Position numbers and translations under genes: made by a program. From Cenococcum geophilum (taxonomy: Eukaryota), in assembly GCA_050273025.1 (NCBI GenBank), contig CP158635.1:18104001-18168000 (forward strand): a stretch of 64,000 bases of DNA, in the 5' to 3' direction. Below, in pieces: positions 37,694 through 49,222 of the stretch; the stretch's first letter is position 1, and each line of letters begins with the position of its first letter. A model generated the notes under the pieces. It was given only the letters and a program-made list of their open reading frames with translations, had not been told where the DNA came from and did no database searches.

Positions 37694-38540
37694 TCAATGC
37701 GAAATTTTAGTTTCTAGCTTAAAAATTGTAGTAATTTCTTGGCGGAGATCCTCGAGACTCATATCGCAAATTCCTTTGATCGTAGTTATTGAAAGAGCGC
37801 CGTCTTCCTCAAGTTCCAATGGAATATTCACCCATGTAACACGCGCAAGGCCACGGTGTTTATTAATTATCCCTTGACACGGCAATTTGGGTCCTCATGT
37901 TATCGATAAGAATCAACCAATCGGAAAAGCTGGGTTAATATAAATATCCAATTGAATCCAGTCGTCAATATAAGCGAACTTGGCAAAGGACCCTGCCGTG
38001 TCAAGGGATAGGTGCGGGCTCCGTTAGTGCTGTATCCGTAGCTGCCGGTGGGTCATCAGAGCTAGAGATGGTGTCTTCCTTGCTACATCGAGTGACTCTT
38101 GAGCTGGCTAATTTCCAGGTCTTTCGATTAATTGCGAGCCACATTCGTCTCTGGAGCTCGCTAAGGGGATGTTGTTTTCCGAAGAGGGCTCCATTGACGT
38201 CTGCTCGGTTGACAGAGACCAGTTTATAAAGGAGGGCTGCCTGATAATCAACTCCACCCCAATTATCCTTCTTAGGGAAGTCGGTTGAATAGATGCGCTT
38301 CCCTCCCGCCTCTCCCTCAGCAAGACGTTTGACCACATGCGACAGATCTCCGCCCTTCTTCCCGCTCTTTCCAGCCTGCTTGTCCAACCAGTCTCGTTTA
38401 TATATGTCCCAGTACGGTTGAAACAAATCTGACTGGAACCACGCGCATAGTGAGTGAGTTGAATCAAACTCGAGCTCTTTACTAAGGTTTTCCAGACTCT
38501 GGAATACCCGAAGTTGTCTTTTTCTAGCTGGTGGAGGCAT
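37694..38540 (-). pseudogene. Unknown protein gene interrupted by a MITE
   Basis: ORF 38540-38001 stops inside the MITE TIR; ORF 37885-37694 begins inside the other TIR; removing 139 bp joins them in frame. Confidence 0.65.
37868..38010. mobile_element. 143-bp MITE, CCC...GGG family (copy 2)
   Basis: TATCCCTTGACACGGCA / TGCCGTGTCAAGGGATA; near-identical inverted copy at 10218-10360. Confidence 0.95.
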
Positions 38541-39586
38541 TATGTGTGCGCCGCGAGTAGCTGCGGTGACCTATAAGCTACTGCTAAGCAATATTAGTTA
38601 GAGGAAGGATATTATTGGAATGATACGCGTCTAGGATGTAGTGGGATAGGGCCAGGTACCTTTTAAGTGAAGCCCACAGGATTATAGCATGCAATTCCCT
38701 TCAATTTACCTATGACCTGACTAAACGTAGCTTCGCCTGATCTAGAGGCCACCGGCCTAGAGCGCTGTGATGTTGTTGGTCACACAGGGTGACTCACCAA
38801 TAACGACTACTCGAGTAGGTTACAGTGATGTTGGTTGATAAAGCTTATTCTATTGGAATGAGGAAGGGCGAGGAGCTTAAGACTCCTCGCCACGCTAGTG
38901 CCGCGGCGTCACGTGACGACCGCTTGCCTCATTCCCGACAGATGTAGAGCGTGAATAATTGATAAGGTTGATCAACTAGACGGCTAAGGAAGGGTAAAGT
39001 GTTGGTGAGAGGGTTGGGCGAGAGGAGAGTTGGCTAAAAGAAAAGGCTGCGCGGCAGCTATCTTTACTTCACTTCACCTGACACCACTTTTCTAGCATTC
39101 TTAGAGCTAGGGCCATCTAGTCACACGGTAGAATTCTAGCATGCTACGCGAATTAAATTTCCCGTGTATCCGAGCCGGATTGGAGAAGGGTTATAATATC
39201 ACAGTATAACTCGTCGCGTCACGAATAAACCTATGTCCTGTCACATAGGTAGCTACATAGTGCTGTAATGTTGTGAAAGAAGCCTGCAAATTATAAAACC
39301 AGAAAATCAACCATACCAGCGATGTGATAAAAAAAATATCACGAAGATATAGCAGGACCTATAACACCATAAAGAAGCATACAGGCCTAATTAGCAAGAT
39401 AGTAAAAAGTGAGAAGCTAGAAAAACCTAGCCTCTATAAAAGCCAGTCTATATCGTAATCCATGATACTAAAACATCGAGAGAGTCAATATTCTAGGCTA
39501 AAATGTAGCTATAGCAGTTCCCTTTAATCAGATATTAGAACAGTTTTTGCATATCTAAATTAGGAATATACACATTACCAGGATAT

Positions 39587-40062
39587 TTACGGTAGCCATT
39601 CATACGCTGACCCAAAGAATGACTCATCAACATCGGCGTCTGAGTCCTTATTAAGATCAAGCTGATGGCGGATCTTGTAATCCGACCTAGCCATAGCCGT
39701 TGGAAAGTCATCCTTAGAGATAGTTCCCTTAAAGAATTCCTTCTTGCTTAACGCGTCGACAGAACCATTTAAGTGTAATCGGTTATACTAAAGAAGTGCC
39801 TCATTAGTAGGCTCGAGTTCCTTGGCCCGTAAGGTGTGAATGGGTAAGAATGTAGACCATCATAAACTATAGTCACCTAAGGCCAGCGTCCGTAACGTGA
39901 TCAAAGTCAATATACTTAGTTGCGAACTTGAAAAAACCGGGGACCTAGTGCATCTGAAATCGGCCGTTAATGTAATCTCGAATCTCTTGGAGTGTTCGAA
40001 GAAGCTGCATCTCCGGATGCTTCTCTACAAAATTCTGAACCTAGATAGCTGCACAATCAAGT
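39587..40062 (-). pseudogene. Degenerate coding-like segment with RIP-type stops
   Basis: Reads LDCAAI*VQNFVEKHPEMQLLRTLQEIRDYINGRFQMH*VPGFFKF...; internal stops are TAG, compatible with CAG>TAG. Confidence 0.4.
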
Positions 40063-40081
40063 AGTCTATTCTTCCATGTTA

Positions 40082-40496
40082 GCGATGTTTTAAATTCGGT
40101 ACGCGCATCCAATCTCACCTGATTGCCACCAACTGTACATAGTAATTGTAGCGAATGGCTATGGCTACACGCAAGGACCTTTTTGGTTGCCCTGAAGAAT
40201 CGCGCCTTGGTTGGCCAGGAGAATCAAATTGAAGACGTGCGCTTCCTCTTCTCCCCCTTAACCACGCCTCCGTTGTGGGCGCCAAAACGCGAATACAACG
40301 CCGTCTCCGCAGAGAGGTCGATGAAATTTGGCAATATCGTACGGGTGGGAACCTTACGACATTCGACAAAGATCACGGCACTGCGGAAGAAGGCCGATCG
40401 CGAAGGTCTTGCAGCCAAGCCATACGGCTTCGCTACAATTATTATGTACAGTTGGTGGCAATCAAGCGAGGTTGGATACTGAATTTAAAATTTCGC
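40082..40496. repeat. ~80-bp inverted repeat enclosing a ~250-bp GC-richer core
   Basis: GATTGCCACCAACTGTACATAGTAATTGTAGCGAA in the left arm (40088-40166) is inverted in 40418-40490. Confidence 0.9.
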
Positions 40497-40539
40497 AGCG
40501 CTCGCTTAAGGGGGTGAAGCTGGTCATGCAATAGACTGT

Positions 40540-41330
40540 GCGTCCTCACCTGCAGCCGCAGCAACAACCCCGCAGCCCACGTCCCCCGTCGCAATGATAG
40601 GTTTAGCCTCCAAAAAGCCGACGAATGCCGCCAAGCAAGCCACTACAACTGCTACATCTGCAACAACCCCGAAGCCCATGTCTCCCGTCGCAGTTCCAGC
40701 GATAGATTTGGCATCTAAGACGCCGGCTATAAAGTCCAATACATCCAACCTCGAGGATAACTTGGATGAACTGCTTCGAACTGACAAGCTCACGGAGGAG
40801 GAGATGAAGGCCTGGTCGCTGAGATTTTATGGGACTTACCGTAAGTCTGACTATATTTTCGCCAATGTTTTGTGACAATTGCACCTAACGAGAGATGATA
40901 GCGCCACCCCCGAGCCCACCGCTGACGGCAGAACAAATTAGCGAGGCACTGGATAGCTGTTAGAGCGGTTTTATGTGCTTGGTTTCGAGGGTCTGCCAAG
41001 CGTACGGCTCCTGACTATCGCGTGACCGGGTATACGTGATATCAGGAGCTGTGGTTCCGCAGGATAGGAGTGGTTATATTATTAGAATCGAATTTCGGGT
41101 GACCGTATAGAGTTATCTCGAGCCAGAACCTTCTGCCGAGGTTTTACTATCACGCTAAACCGTTTCAAGAAAATCTTCATTAGAAGGTCTAGTAAGCGAG
41201 TAGAATTTCGTTGACAAGTTAGCGAAGGAAGAGGGCTAATATATACCTACTTTAAGGCAAATTATATAGATACCTACAACTCTTATAGAAATTCCTAGCA
41301 AGTGGAAGTACTAGAGGAAGGCTAGTAAAG
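40540..41330 (+). pseudogene. Degenerate coding-like segment (internal TTP.P.SPVA..LASK.P repeat, GTAAGT donor, downstream stops)
   Basis: ORF 40594-40875 plus a downstream frame PPLTAEQISEALDSC*SGFMCLVSRV... with scattered stops. Confidence 0.35.
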
Positions 41331-41950
41331 AAGGCTACGTCGTTTTTTATGCCCGATTTTTAGTCTATAGATTATTATCGTACTTTAAGCACTTGTAAGA
41401 AAGACTTGGCAGCCAGATGAAGCTCTGTGTACGGCTCTGCGTTTGATCGTACGATAGCTTTACGTACAGAGGCTCTACCCGAAGCTTTGTTTGTTAACCC
41501 CCTAAAGCCATCACAAAGGCACCTAAAATTCTAATAATTACGATTACAGCCACGTAGAGCCGTATGCAGAGCCGTACGCAGAGCCTGACGCAGAGCTCTA
41601 CTCAGCGACGACAATGACGACAAATGGTACCCTCCACCACAGAGCTTCGTATAGGGCCTTCCTACAGAGCTTTATGGTTGTATTTGAGTTGGTAGAGGCG
41701 CTTAGGGGGCCTTTAATAGGTTTCTAGGTAAAGATTTGTGTACAGCCTTGTTTTGGTAATGGTGACGCGGATAAAATGCGGCAAGAACCACTGCTCTACT
41801 AATAAAGGTAGGAATACCCTCTGAATCGCCTTAATAAGCTAACAAGCGTAACGTCGAGCTTTTGTTGATAAATGCGTTGGTTAGTGGTGGAGTTTATAAT
41901 TTTTGTGTTTGTATGGCGCTAACTTTTGCATGAGAATTACAGATATAGCT

Positions 41951-42901
41951 TCACAGCCCCGCCCATTCAATAGAGAAAGCCCTCACTCCCTCTCCTGCAT
42001 CCAGACAACCTCCAGATTCGGACTTAGGAGAAGTATCCGCTCCACCAATCAGGTAGGCCTTCTTCACCCCAGTACCTAGCCTGCCGCCACCGACAATATC
42101 CAGCAGATCGAATTCCTCGTCCCAGTCTGCACCCGTAGCAAGGAAGTGACTGTGGAATCTGAGTGGATCGCCAGGATAAACAGTGTAGTGGCAGCCAAAG
42201 CGTAAGCCGGGGGTCATGAAATACCCTAAAGAGTGGAGATATGCAAAGAGTGGATATGTTCGAGGAACATCCGGAAGCGGCAAAGTTAGTGTGGTGGGCG
42301 GAGGTATGAGAGGAGGGTATGACGTTGTGGGTGTGATGAAGTAAGGTTCGAGTGCAGCTGAGCTCTGCGAGAATGCTGGCGAAGCAGTTCGGGATGGCAA
42401 GTTAAAAAGTGACGTCTCTACATCCGCCTCCGCAGAAGTTTCCCTTGCGCCTAATTCTGCAGTTTCAGAAACACGCCGGGAGCTCTTTCCCTGTGTTTTG
42501 CGGGCCAAACCCTTTTGTCGCAGCGCCTTCTCTGATCTCTCTTCAGCCTTCTTCCTGCTGCTCAACGCAGTCTCCATGCCCTGCTTGTCCATCACTTCCA
42601 GAAAAGCCAACCGCTCCTCTCTACTCATTTCTAGAAAGCCCGATTTGTGCGCCTCCACATCTTCAACGACGTATGCGTGTCCTCTCTCTACCAGCAACCG
42701 GGCTTCTTCAGGCATGAGTTCGAGAGGGATGCCTAGGAAGATATTTTGTTGTGAGAGATGGGGAATTGTTCCAATCAGGACACCACATATATTATGCTCA
42801 CGACGAGCGTAAGTCACTGCGTTAATGTCGAACAGGAGATGGCGGTTTGCGATGAGCGAAATCGGAAATGGCTCTTGGACCGAGATGTCCGCCATAGTCA
42901 C
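41951..42901 (-). CDS. SEN34: tRNA-splicing endonuclease catalytic subunit Sen34
   Basis: GIPLELMPEEARLL, GYFMTPGLRFG...YPGDPLRFHSHF, GGGRLGTGVKK. Confidence 0.95.
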   Translation of the reverse strand: MTMADISVQEPFPISLIANRHLLFDINAVTYARREHNICGVLIGTIPHLSQQNIFLGIPLELMPEEARLLVERGHAYVVEDVEAHKSGFLEMSREERLAFLEVMDKQGMETALSSRKKAEERSEKALRQKGLARKTQGKSSRRVSETAELGARETSAEADVETSLFNLPSRTASPAFSQSSAALEPYFITPTTSYPPLIPPPTTLTLPLPDVPRTYPLFAYLHSLGYFMTPGLRFGCHYTVYPGDPLRFHSHFLATGADWDEEFDLLDIVGGGRLGTGVKKAYLIGGADTSPKSESGGCLDAGEGVRAFSIEWAGL

Positions 42902-43348
42902 GGATATGTCGACTTCGAGAAGTCTCCTAGAGCCACAGCTAGGTCAGAACAATGCCATCAAAATAGCGCAAAAGCAAAACAATGTAAAGATGGAGATAAG
43001 TCATATGTTAGAATATCGGTCATCAGGTCCAGCCGACAAAGTCGGAGGAGTCAGTAGATTGACAGATTGAATTTTTTGGAATAATCATGAAACAGAAAAA
43101 GGCTCTGGGAGTAACATAAGCTTTTATAGCCTCGAGAGACAACATACTTATCCTATAAAGCTACGGCGGCCTTAGATCCTTGTGTTTCATCATGTCAGTG
43201 TGGTTATGGAGGTCAAGTTTGGCTCAGTGTGAATTTAACGTGCAATCTTTAGCGAAATCTTGGCTTTGCATTGTTTGCACAGTACTATCTCCGGGGACAT
43301 GGACTCGTTCTCCCCATTTACTCTCAAAAAGCTCTATAAATACCCAAG

Positions 43349-43597
43349 ATGAACGTACTTCTTTTGCTTAGCCTGCTCCTCTTCCTCCCCTTGCTACTCT
43401 TTGCAGCCTATCTTGCCCTATCATCCTGTCTAGGCGACAATTTCCGCGCTAGATTCTCTGGCATTACTATACACCCTCGTCACGCGTCCTTCGGACGAAG
43501 TTACGCAAGAGCAATGGGATCTGGCGCAGGTCAGGCAGGATGGGAGCAAATCGAGATGGAAGATATGCTCGGCCGAGAAGAAGATGAGGAAGCTTGA
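43349..43597 (+). CDS. Small single-pass membrane protein, unknown function
   Basis: N-terminal hydrophobic helix, acidic tail GWEQIEMEDML; TATAAATA ~15 bp upstream. Confidence 0.6.
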   Translation: MNVLLLLSLLLFLPLLLFAAYLALSSCLGDNFRARFSGITIHPRHASFGRSYARAMGSGAGQAGWEQIEMEDMLGREEDEEA

Positions 43598-43677
43598 GCA
43601 ATCTGCACGGAACGGTACCAGCGACTGCGGACTTCCATAAGTTCGAAGATTAGTGGATTGCTGTCCTAGCCTAAAAC

Positions 43678-44987
43678 TCAGAAATCTATGTCTACTTTGG
43701 TTTGTTTGACTCCCTCCCCTAGTCCCTGCTGTGCCTCCGTATCCCCCTCTACAGGCGGCAAGCTGAAAGGCTTGATGACGAACTTCCGTCGGCTGACAGT
43801 GAACGCCAGGTCTTCGCTTAGCCCGCTACTTCCCCCTCCACCTCCTCCCTTCTCATGGAATACAGGCAGGCGGTGGATTTTTAGCATACCCTGCGGCCGC
43901 TCTTCATGCGCTGTTGCTGCACCCGAGGTGACTAGCGCATCCATGGGGTGTGGAAAGGGCGTTAACTCTAACACTCCGTCACTGAGCATTTCCATCCATC
44001 GTACTAGACCTAACGAGCGAGGATATAATTCAAGTGGGAGAGTGATTAGGGCTGTGAGTTGGGTTGGGTACTGTCGGAGTAGGCTGCGTAAAGAGTGGAG
44101 GAATTGAAGGAGGTAGTGTGGTTGGCTGGCAGTTGTTGGGTATAATGCGGGTGAGAGGAGTGTTGGGATGACAAGCCGATGTACCGTAGAGGGTGGGCTT
44201 GAAGAGAGGCGCTTAGAGAGATCTTGAAGTATAGGCAGGAACGGGGACGAGTCGGCACTCTGTAGTGGAAGAGGAATGAAGTTTATAAATGTGCCAGTTG
44301 GGAAAGCGAGCCTTTTTGCGAGGTCGAAAATATGGCAAAATGCTGCTGGTTCAGAAGAGCTTGCCAATTCAGTCGACGCTTCTGCCACTGGTTGTGCTCT
44401 ATCTGGCGGTGCTGTAGTTCCTTCGGAGGGAGATCAGCACGGTAAAATAATATTTTAGAATTGCTGAATAGAATTTTGCATTGAGATATATACACAGGGC
44501 TTTCATCCCACACACCTCTACTCCCAGAAATACCTGATCCGAACTCCCCCAATCTCTCGTATCTCCAAGCTATCTTCATCCTCTCTTTTTTCTCCTTCCC
44601 AGACCCATCGTCATCTGTACCACTACCCGAAACACCAACTAATCCGGGCAGCTCTCGTCCCCACTGCTCTCCAACTCCTATAACATGGACTTTGTGGCCT
44701 TGGACGACACCTTCAGCTGCGTAGTAGCGCAGCAGGGCACCAGCAAAATCTGTAGTCCCTGATTCCTCAATCAATATGGAGCTGCCAAGAGCAAACCCTG
44801 CGTGTCCTGCAAGTATTCCATCAAAACTGGGAGTGCCCGTAGAAGTAGTAGGGCGACCATCGATTGGAGAAGGACGAACACCTGGTAACGGAGCAGGTGA
44901 TGCGGACGGTGCGATTAGTGAAGAAGACGCGGAGCCTAATCCAGGTATCGAACGCGATATTCCTACATTACGTTTACGAAACGCCAT
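43678..44987 (-). CDS. ELP4: Elongator complex subunit 4 (PAXNEB), 2 exons
   Basis: STGTPSFDGILAGHAG, EESGTTDFAGALLRYYAAEG, MKIAWRYE, DLAFTVSRRKFVIKPFSLPP. Confidence 0.95.
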
Positions 44988-45332
44988 GTTGGGGTTGCGT
45001 GCGGGTGATCAACGAAGATAGTTTTCAGCTTTGGCGAAGTTTTCAGCCCTACAGAAGCGAGGTCGATCACTAACTCTTGCCAAGCATTTAGGGATATCAT
45101 TCCGCAGTCGCATTGCCGGGGTTAAGGCTAGCATTTAGCAATTATTCTTCCGCATATATGACATGAATTAATACCTAGGCTCCTAGAAATATAGATCGGT
45201 AGATCATTTTGTTAGTTGATAAGAGTATTGCGTCTAGAGCACTGCCTGACGTCAAGAATAGATTAATAACAGCCACTCCCCGTCTACCATATTTCATGCA
45301 ATGACCAATCCCAGAAGATCCTTAAGTCCCAT

Positions 45333-47579
45333 CTACTGTACGCGGCCCTTCTTTGCCAACCCAACTTCGACGATGTCCTGGAGTTTACGCTTCTCTGGCT
45401 TCCTCTCAAAATTCCAGAATCGATTGACCTGCTCCTTAGTGAGATCCGCGATTTCTTCCGCATTATCGGAGAAGCCATCCTCCTCTTCTTGCTGTTCTTC
45501 CGTCAGAGAAGGCGCATCGAAACGCAGCTTCCTGTCGTTTTGGCGGAAGAAGACCCGCTTGACAAATCTCATGCGAGGGTGTTTCTTGTCCGTGTGCCTC
45601 AACAGCAACCCCGGCGTGATAGGAGTACTACCATACTTTGCACGCCTTACGTCAAGCTCTAATGCTTGCCAAGACTCATCCTGAAGCAACTGTGCCAATT
45701 GTTTAGACCTCCCCCAATCATCAAAGATCCCTTTGGGGACCATGACATTTAACTTCTTCAGGTTCGTGAACTGAAGCGCATACCGCGCCCAGAATTTCCG
45801 CCAACCTTTCATTTCACGGACTATAAGCGCTTTCTCGCCATCACTGAGTTGCCTGTTGGTCTTACCCCAGCCTGCCACGCCAGGCATATCTAGTGAGTAG
45901 TGGATAATGAGCTCGTCAACAAGGTGAGCGATGCCGGTGAGATTGAAGCGAGCCTGGGTTTTTTGAAGAGTTTGTGTATGGTTAGGAGGATCACCTATGA
46001 GTGTTTTGAAGTCACCGAAATATAGTGATCTGTCCAAGCCCGAATTGGAACATGATAGGATACGATCACCTATGGTAAGCCGAAGAGGAATACCGAGCGC
46101 TTTAAGACCTTCAAATGTCTTCTTGATTTGCGACAAGATGTCTGCCCTCGGTCTCAGCGTTGGAGTATCGATGTTTGCTGGGAATACGTCGCACATCATT
46201 GTATCCCACGTGAAGACTGGCTTCCATCCACAGGTTGTTGCCATCCATCGTACTGCATCCTGCATCTCCCTAGATTCAGAGAAGTCTGGATTCTCGACTT
46301 GATGTCGAGTAGGCTGGTGGACGTTTATAAAGTGAAATGGATGAAGGATTACGTTTTGGAGAGAGTCATACGATTTGATTTTGACTGTTGTCTGCTGGCG
46401 AACCGCAGACAAGAGCTGTTTCAGCATGTTGCTTAATGAATGGCTTACGCCATCTACAATTTGCTGGCCAAGTTGCATGTGGTTTCGATTACACGTTTCG
46501 AGTGTCCCTTCGTCAAAGGCTTCTTCTTCATCCCGGTGTTGCGTGCCTGGTATCATACGATGCATCAACAAAGGATAGTTTCGAAAATTATCTCGATGTT
46601 CCTGCATCCAGGAACACAGTCCAACAGATACGGTAGATAGTTGCCTTAATCTCGAAACCTCGGAGAGCATTAGCGACAGAAACGGGGCCATTTCATGTAA
46701 TTTCAGAGTCTGTAACATCGGTGGAGCGTTCGAAACAATGCCATCAACCAATGTGCAGATACGTTGGTGGACTTCCCACTCGTTCCAAGCAATATGACGC
46801 GAGCACCCTCGAATACCTAATATCTTGAGTTGAGTGCAGGCCTTGAGGATAGTCGTGGGAATAGAACTGCCATCTCTACGCCTGGAAATGCGGAATTTGC
46901 TCTTGAAGAGATAATCGTTGTACGAATAATTATATTCTACTCGAGAATGGGCTGCGAAATCGGCCCAGTTGCAAACCTCGAGTTCCTGTAATCGAGCGAA
47001 GAGGAGTGGACAAGCGTCGAGTAACTCCTTCCACGTCCATACCTCGCCCGGGGTCCAGACAAAGTCTTTGATGTTGGCGATATCCAGACATGTCAATTTG
47101 GGCAAGTTCTGTTCCACCCATTTGAAGTCCTCAATAGAACAAAAATGGGAAAGTGCAACACTTTGAACGAATGACCTATTGTTGTCGTTGATAGACGAGC
47201 GAAATGCCTCCCATCGCTGACGACCTAATGGCTTGTACAGCCAGTCAGCCATACGAATCTCTCTGACATCGTCAAATTGAACAGGCTCTCGGTACATCAG
47301 CTCATTAACGACTTCCGAGTCGGACAAGCCTCGACAGACCAGCTTCAAAGTGCATGCATCCCCTCGATCGAGGTAGTCGACAATGCATCGAAAAATATCG
47401 ACAGGGATACCTAGAAAAGTGGGCTGCAACTTCTCCCGATCATCAAAGGGGACTTCAGTGTCTTGAGGTTCTGGAGTCTCTTCAGTGTCTCGGGTTGTTG
47501 GGGTATTCTCCATTGTGCTTGATGTCGAAATGTCGACAGAGGTATCTGTGCTCTCCATCCTTCTCACGGTCTCCATCAT
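45333..47579 (-). CDS. Hypothetical protein with F-box-like motif (start uncertain; open frame extends to 47723)
   Basis: Long intronless ORF; FLGIPVDIFRCIVDYLD...LKLVCR F-box-like motif followed by LRR-like LxxLxI segments. Confidence 0.75.
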   Translation of the reverse strand: MMETVRRMESTDTSVDISTSSTMENTPTTRDTEETPEPQDTEVPFDDREKLQPTFLGIPVDIFRCIVDYLDRGDACTLKLVCRGLSDSEVVNELMYREPVQFDDVREIRMADWLYKPLGRQRWEAFRSSINDNNRSFVQSVALSHFCSIEDFKWVEQNLPKLTCLDIANIKDFVWTPGEVWTWKELLDACPLLFARLQELEVCNWADFAAHSRVEYNYSYNDYLFKSKFRISRRRDGSSIPTTILKACTQLKILGIRGCSRHIAWNEWEVHQRICTLVDGIVSNAPPMLQTLKLHEMAPFLSLMLSEVSRLRQLSTVSVGLCSWMQEHRDNFRNYPLLMHRMIPGTQHRDEEEAFDEGTLETCNRNHMQLGQQIVDGVSHSLSNMLKQLLSAVRQQTTVKIKSYDSLQNVILHPFHFINVHQPTRHQVENPDFSESREMQDAVRWMATTCGWKPVFTWDTMMCDVFPANIDTPTLRPRADILSQIKKTFEGLKALGIPLRLTIGDRILSCSNSGLDRSLYFGDFKTLIGDPPNHTQTLQKTQARFNLTGIAHLVDELIIHYSLDMPGVAGWGKTNRQLSDGEKALIVREMKGWRKFWARYALQFTNLKKLNVMVPKGIFDDWGRSKQLAQLLQDESWQALELDVRRAKYGSTPITPGLLLRHTDKKHPRMRFVKRVFFRQNDRKLRFDAPSLTEEQQEEEDGFSDNAEEIADLTKEQVNRFWNFERKPEKRKLQDIVEVGLAKKGRVQ

Positions 47580-48462
47580 TCGTATCACACTATGTGCGAT
47601 AGAGCTATTTCGGGGTTGGGTCTGAAGAATATGATGAAAATAGTCCATAGAAGTAGAAAAAAGAGAAAAGGGTAGTTTCCGAGCCTTGCAACCTAACGGG
47701 TACAGTGAGGATGAATGTATCAATATGTTGCACGTTCCAGCCTAAAGATTAAGCAAGAGTGAGGCCAGCGGTTTTCCACAATTCCATCCACTAAGGATTC
47801 CTCTAGGTTTAGAAGATGCTAGCAAGTAGGAAAAAAACCTGAAATCAGTGTATTCTTTTTTTTGGCTTGAGAGCTATTGAGTCTAGCTTGGCGTTCTGCT
47901 AGCTGTTCCTCATAAAAGCACAACAAATTGTTGAGCTTGGTAATTGACCTGATCTAGGCCCATTCAGCATCCGCTTAAGTTAATGCTGCTTCTTGGCGAT
48001 TGAACTCACCAACTATCATCCTTGGCTCATGTCTGAGCTCATGTTTGGTTAGGCTGGTAGAGAATGGGGGTATCGCATAGGGGCATGAATGCCTAAAGGA
48101 AACGCCAGTATCAAGCAAATTCTGAGTCAGATTCAGAGAGAAAGTATTTCGATGAAGCAAGGTTGAATCTAATGATGCGTCAGTGGAGGCAGATGACGAA
48201 GCTTTATGTTCTTGTCCGGCGAAGCGCCTGGTCTGGCGGCTTCGTTCCTGCGGTGGGGATCATGGGAGCTTCATTGCCGAGAATTAACCGCTGCCAAGTC
48301 TTCCCCCAGTCGCATTCATACATTTTCTTTTAAAGAAATTTGTTCCTCAAAACCCTACAGCTGCTGGGCTCTTTCAGCGAAACATAGTTCAGTCCTAGTA
48401 ACCCATCTCGATCCGCTTCACAATCAGAGAAGACGCCACCCCATTCACCTCACCTGCACACC

Positions 48463-49001
48463 ATGGCGGATTCGCAGCTTTTCGAAGATACTTTTAACAT
48501 TACGGCCATTAACAACCAAAAGTACGACCGAGTATCGCGCATAACTGGCACCTCTACCGACAATGCGACCTCTATGACCCTCGACATTAACCATGAGCTC
48601 TATCCGATTACAACCGGCGAAAACATCCAGATGGTTCTCGCGAGCACACTGAACCTCGATGGAACAAAGCCCGAAAAGGGTTGGAAAGACCTGTCACGGA
48701 GTAGCGAAAGCACGCTCGCAGATATGTATGACTATGTATGTTATGGGAAGGTGTATAGGTTTGAAGAGGGAGATGGAGACAATATGTGAGTTCCCTCTGC
48801 GGCCAATTACGATGGGTTGCAGACTCGACTCGTCCGCATTTAAGACGTATGCATTAAGCAAAGACAACTGGATGCTAACAAATCTGGTACGCTAGAAAGG
48901 TATATTGCTCCTTTGGTGGATTACTCCTCTACATCGAAGGACCCTACAAAAAGCTCACGCCACTACGCATCGATTATGTCTACATGCTCCTTAAGAAATG
49001 A
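48463..49001 (+). CDS. RPB8: RNA polymerase I/II/III shared subunit Rpb8 (exons 48463-48785, 48896-49001)
   Basis: LFEDTF...KYDRVSRI, LDINHELYP, LADMYDYVCYGKVY, CSFGGLL. Confidence 0.97.
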
Positions 49002-49222
49002 AAGTTTAGCCTCAAAGAGTGTTTGGATACCTTTCTGTTCAGACAGGCCGGGCTATAATCGTCTTGATTAGTAGCCGTCCACCAGCCTGACAGAAAGTAT
49101 TTTGCTAGCTATTAGCGGGCGTTTTAGAGTTTAGACTGGTTACGACTGCATAGGCGGCGTTAACGGAAATTGGTTCAGCTACTCTACTATTTTATAGGCG
49201 TTTTGGATACCCCGAAAACAGA

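Noticed and set aside
36540..41900. Starship or other giant element with a tyrosine recombinase captain
   Set aside because: No recognisable recombinase ORF or boundary repeats in the window.
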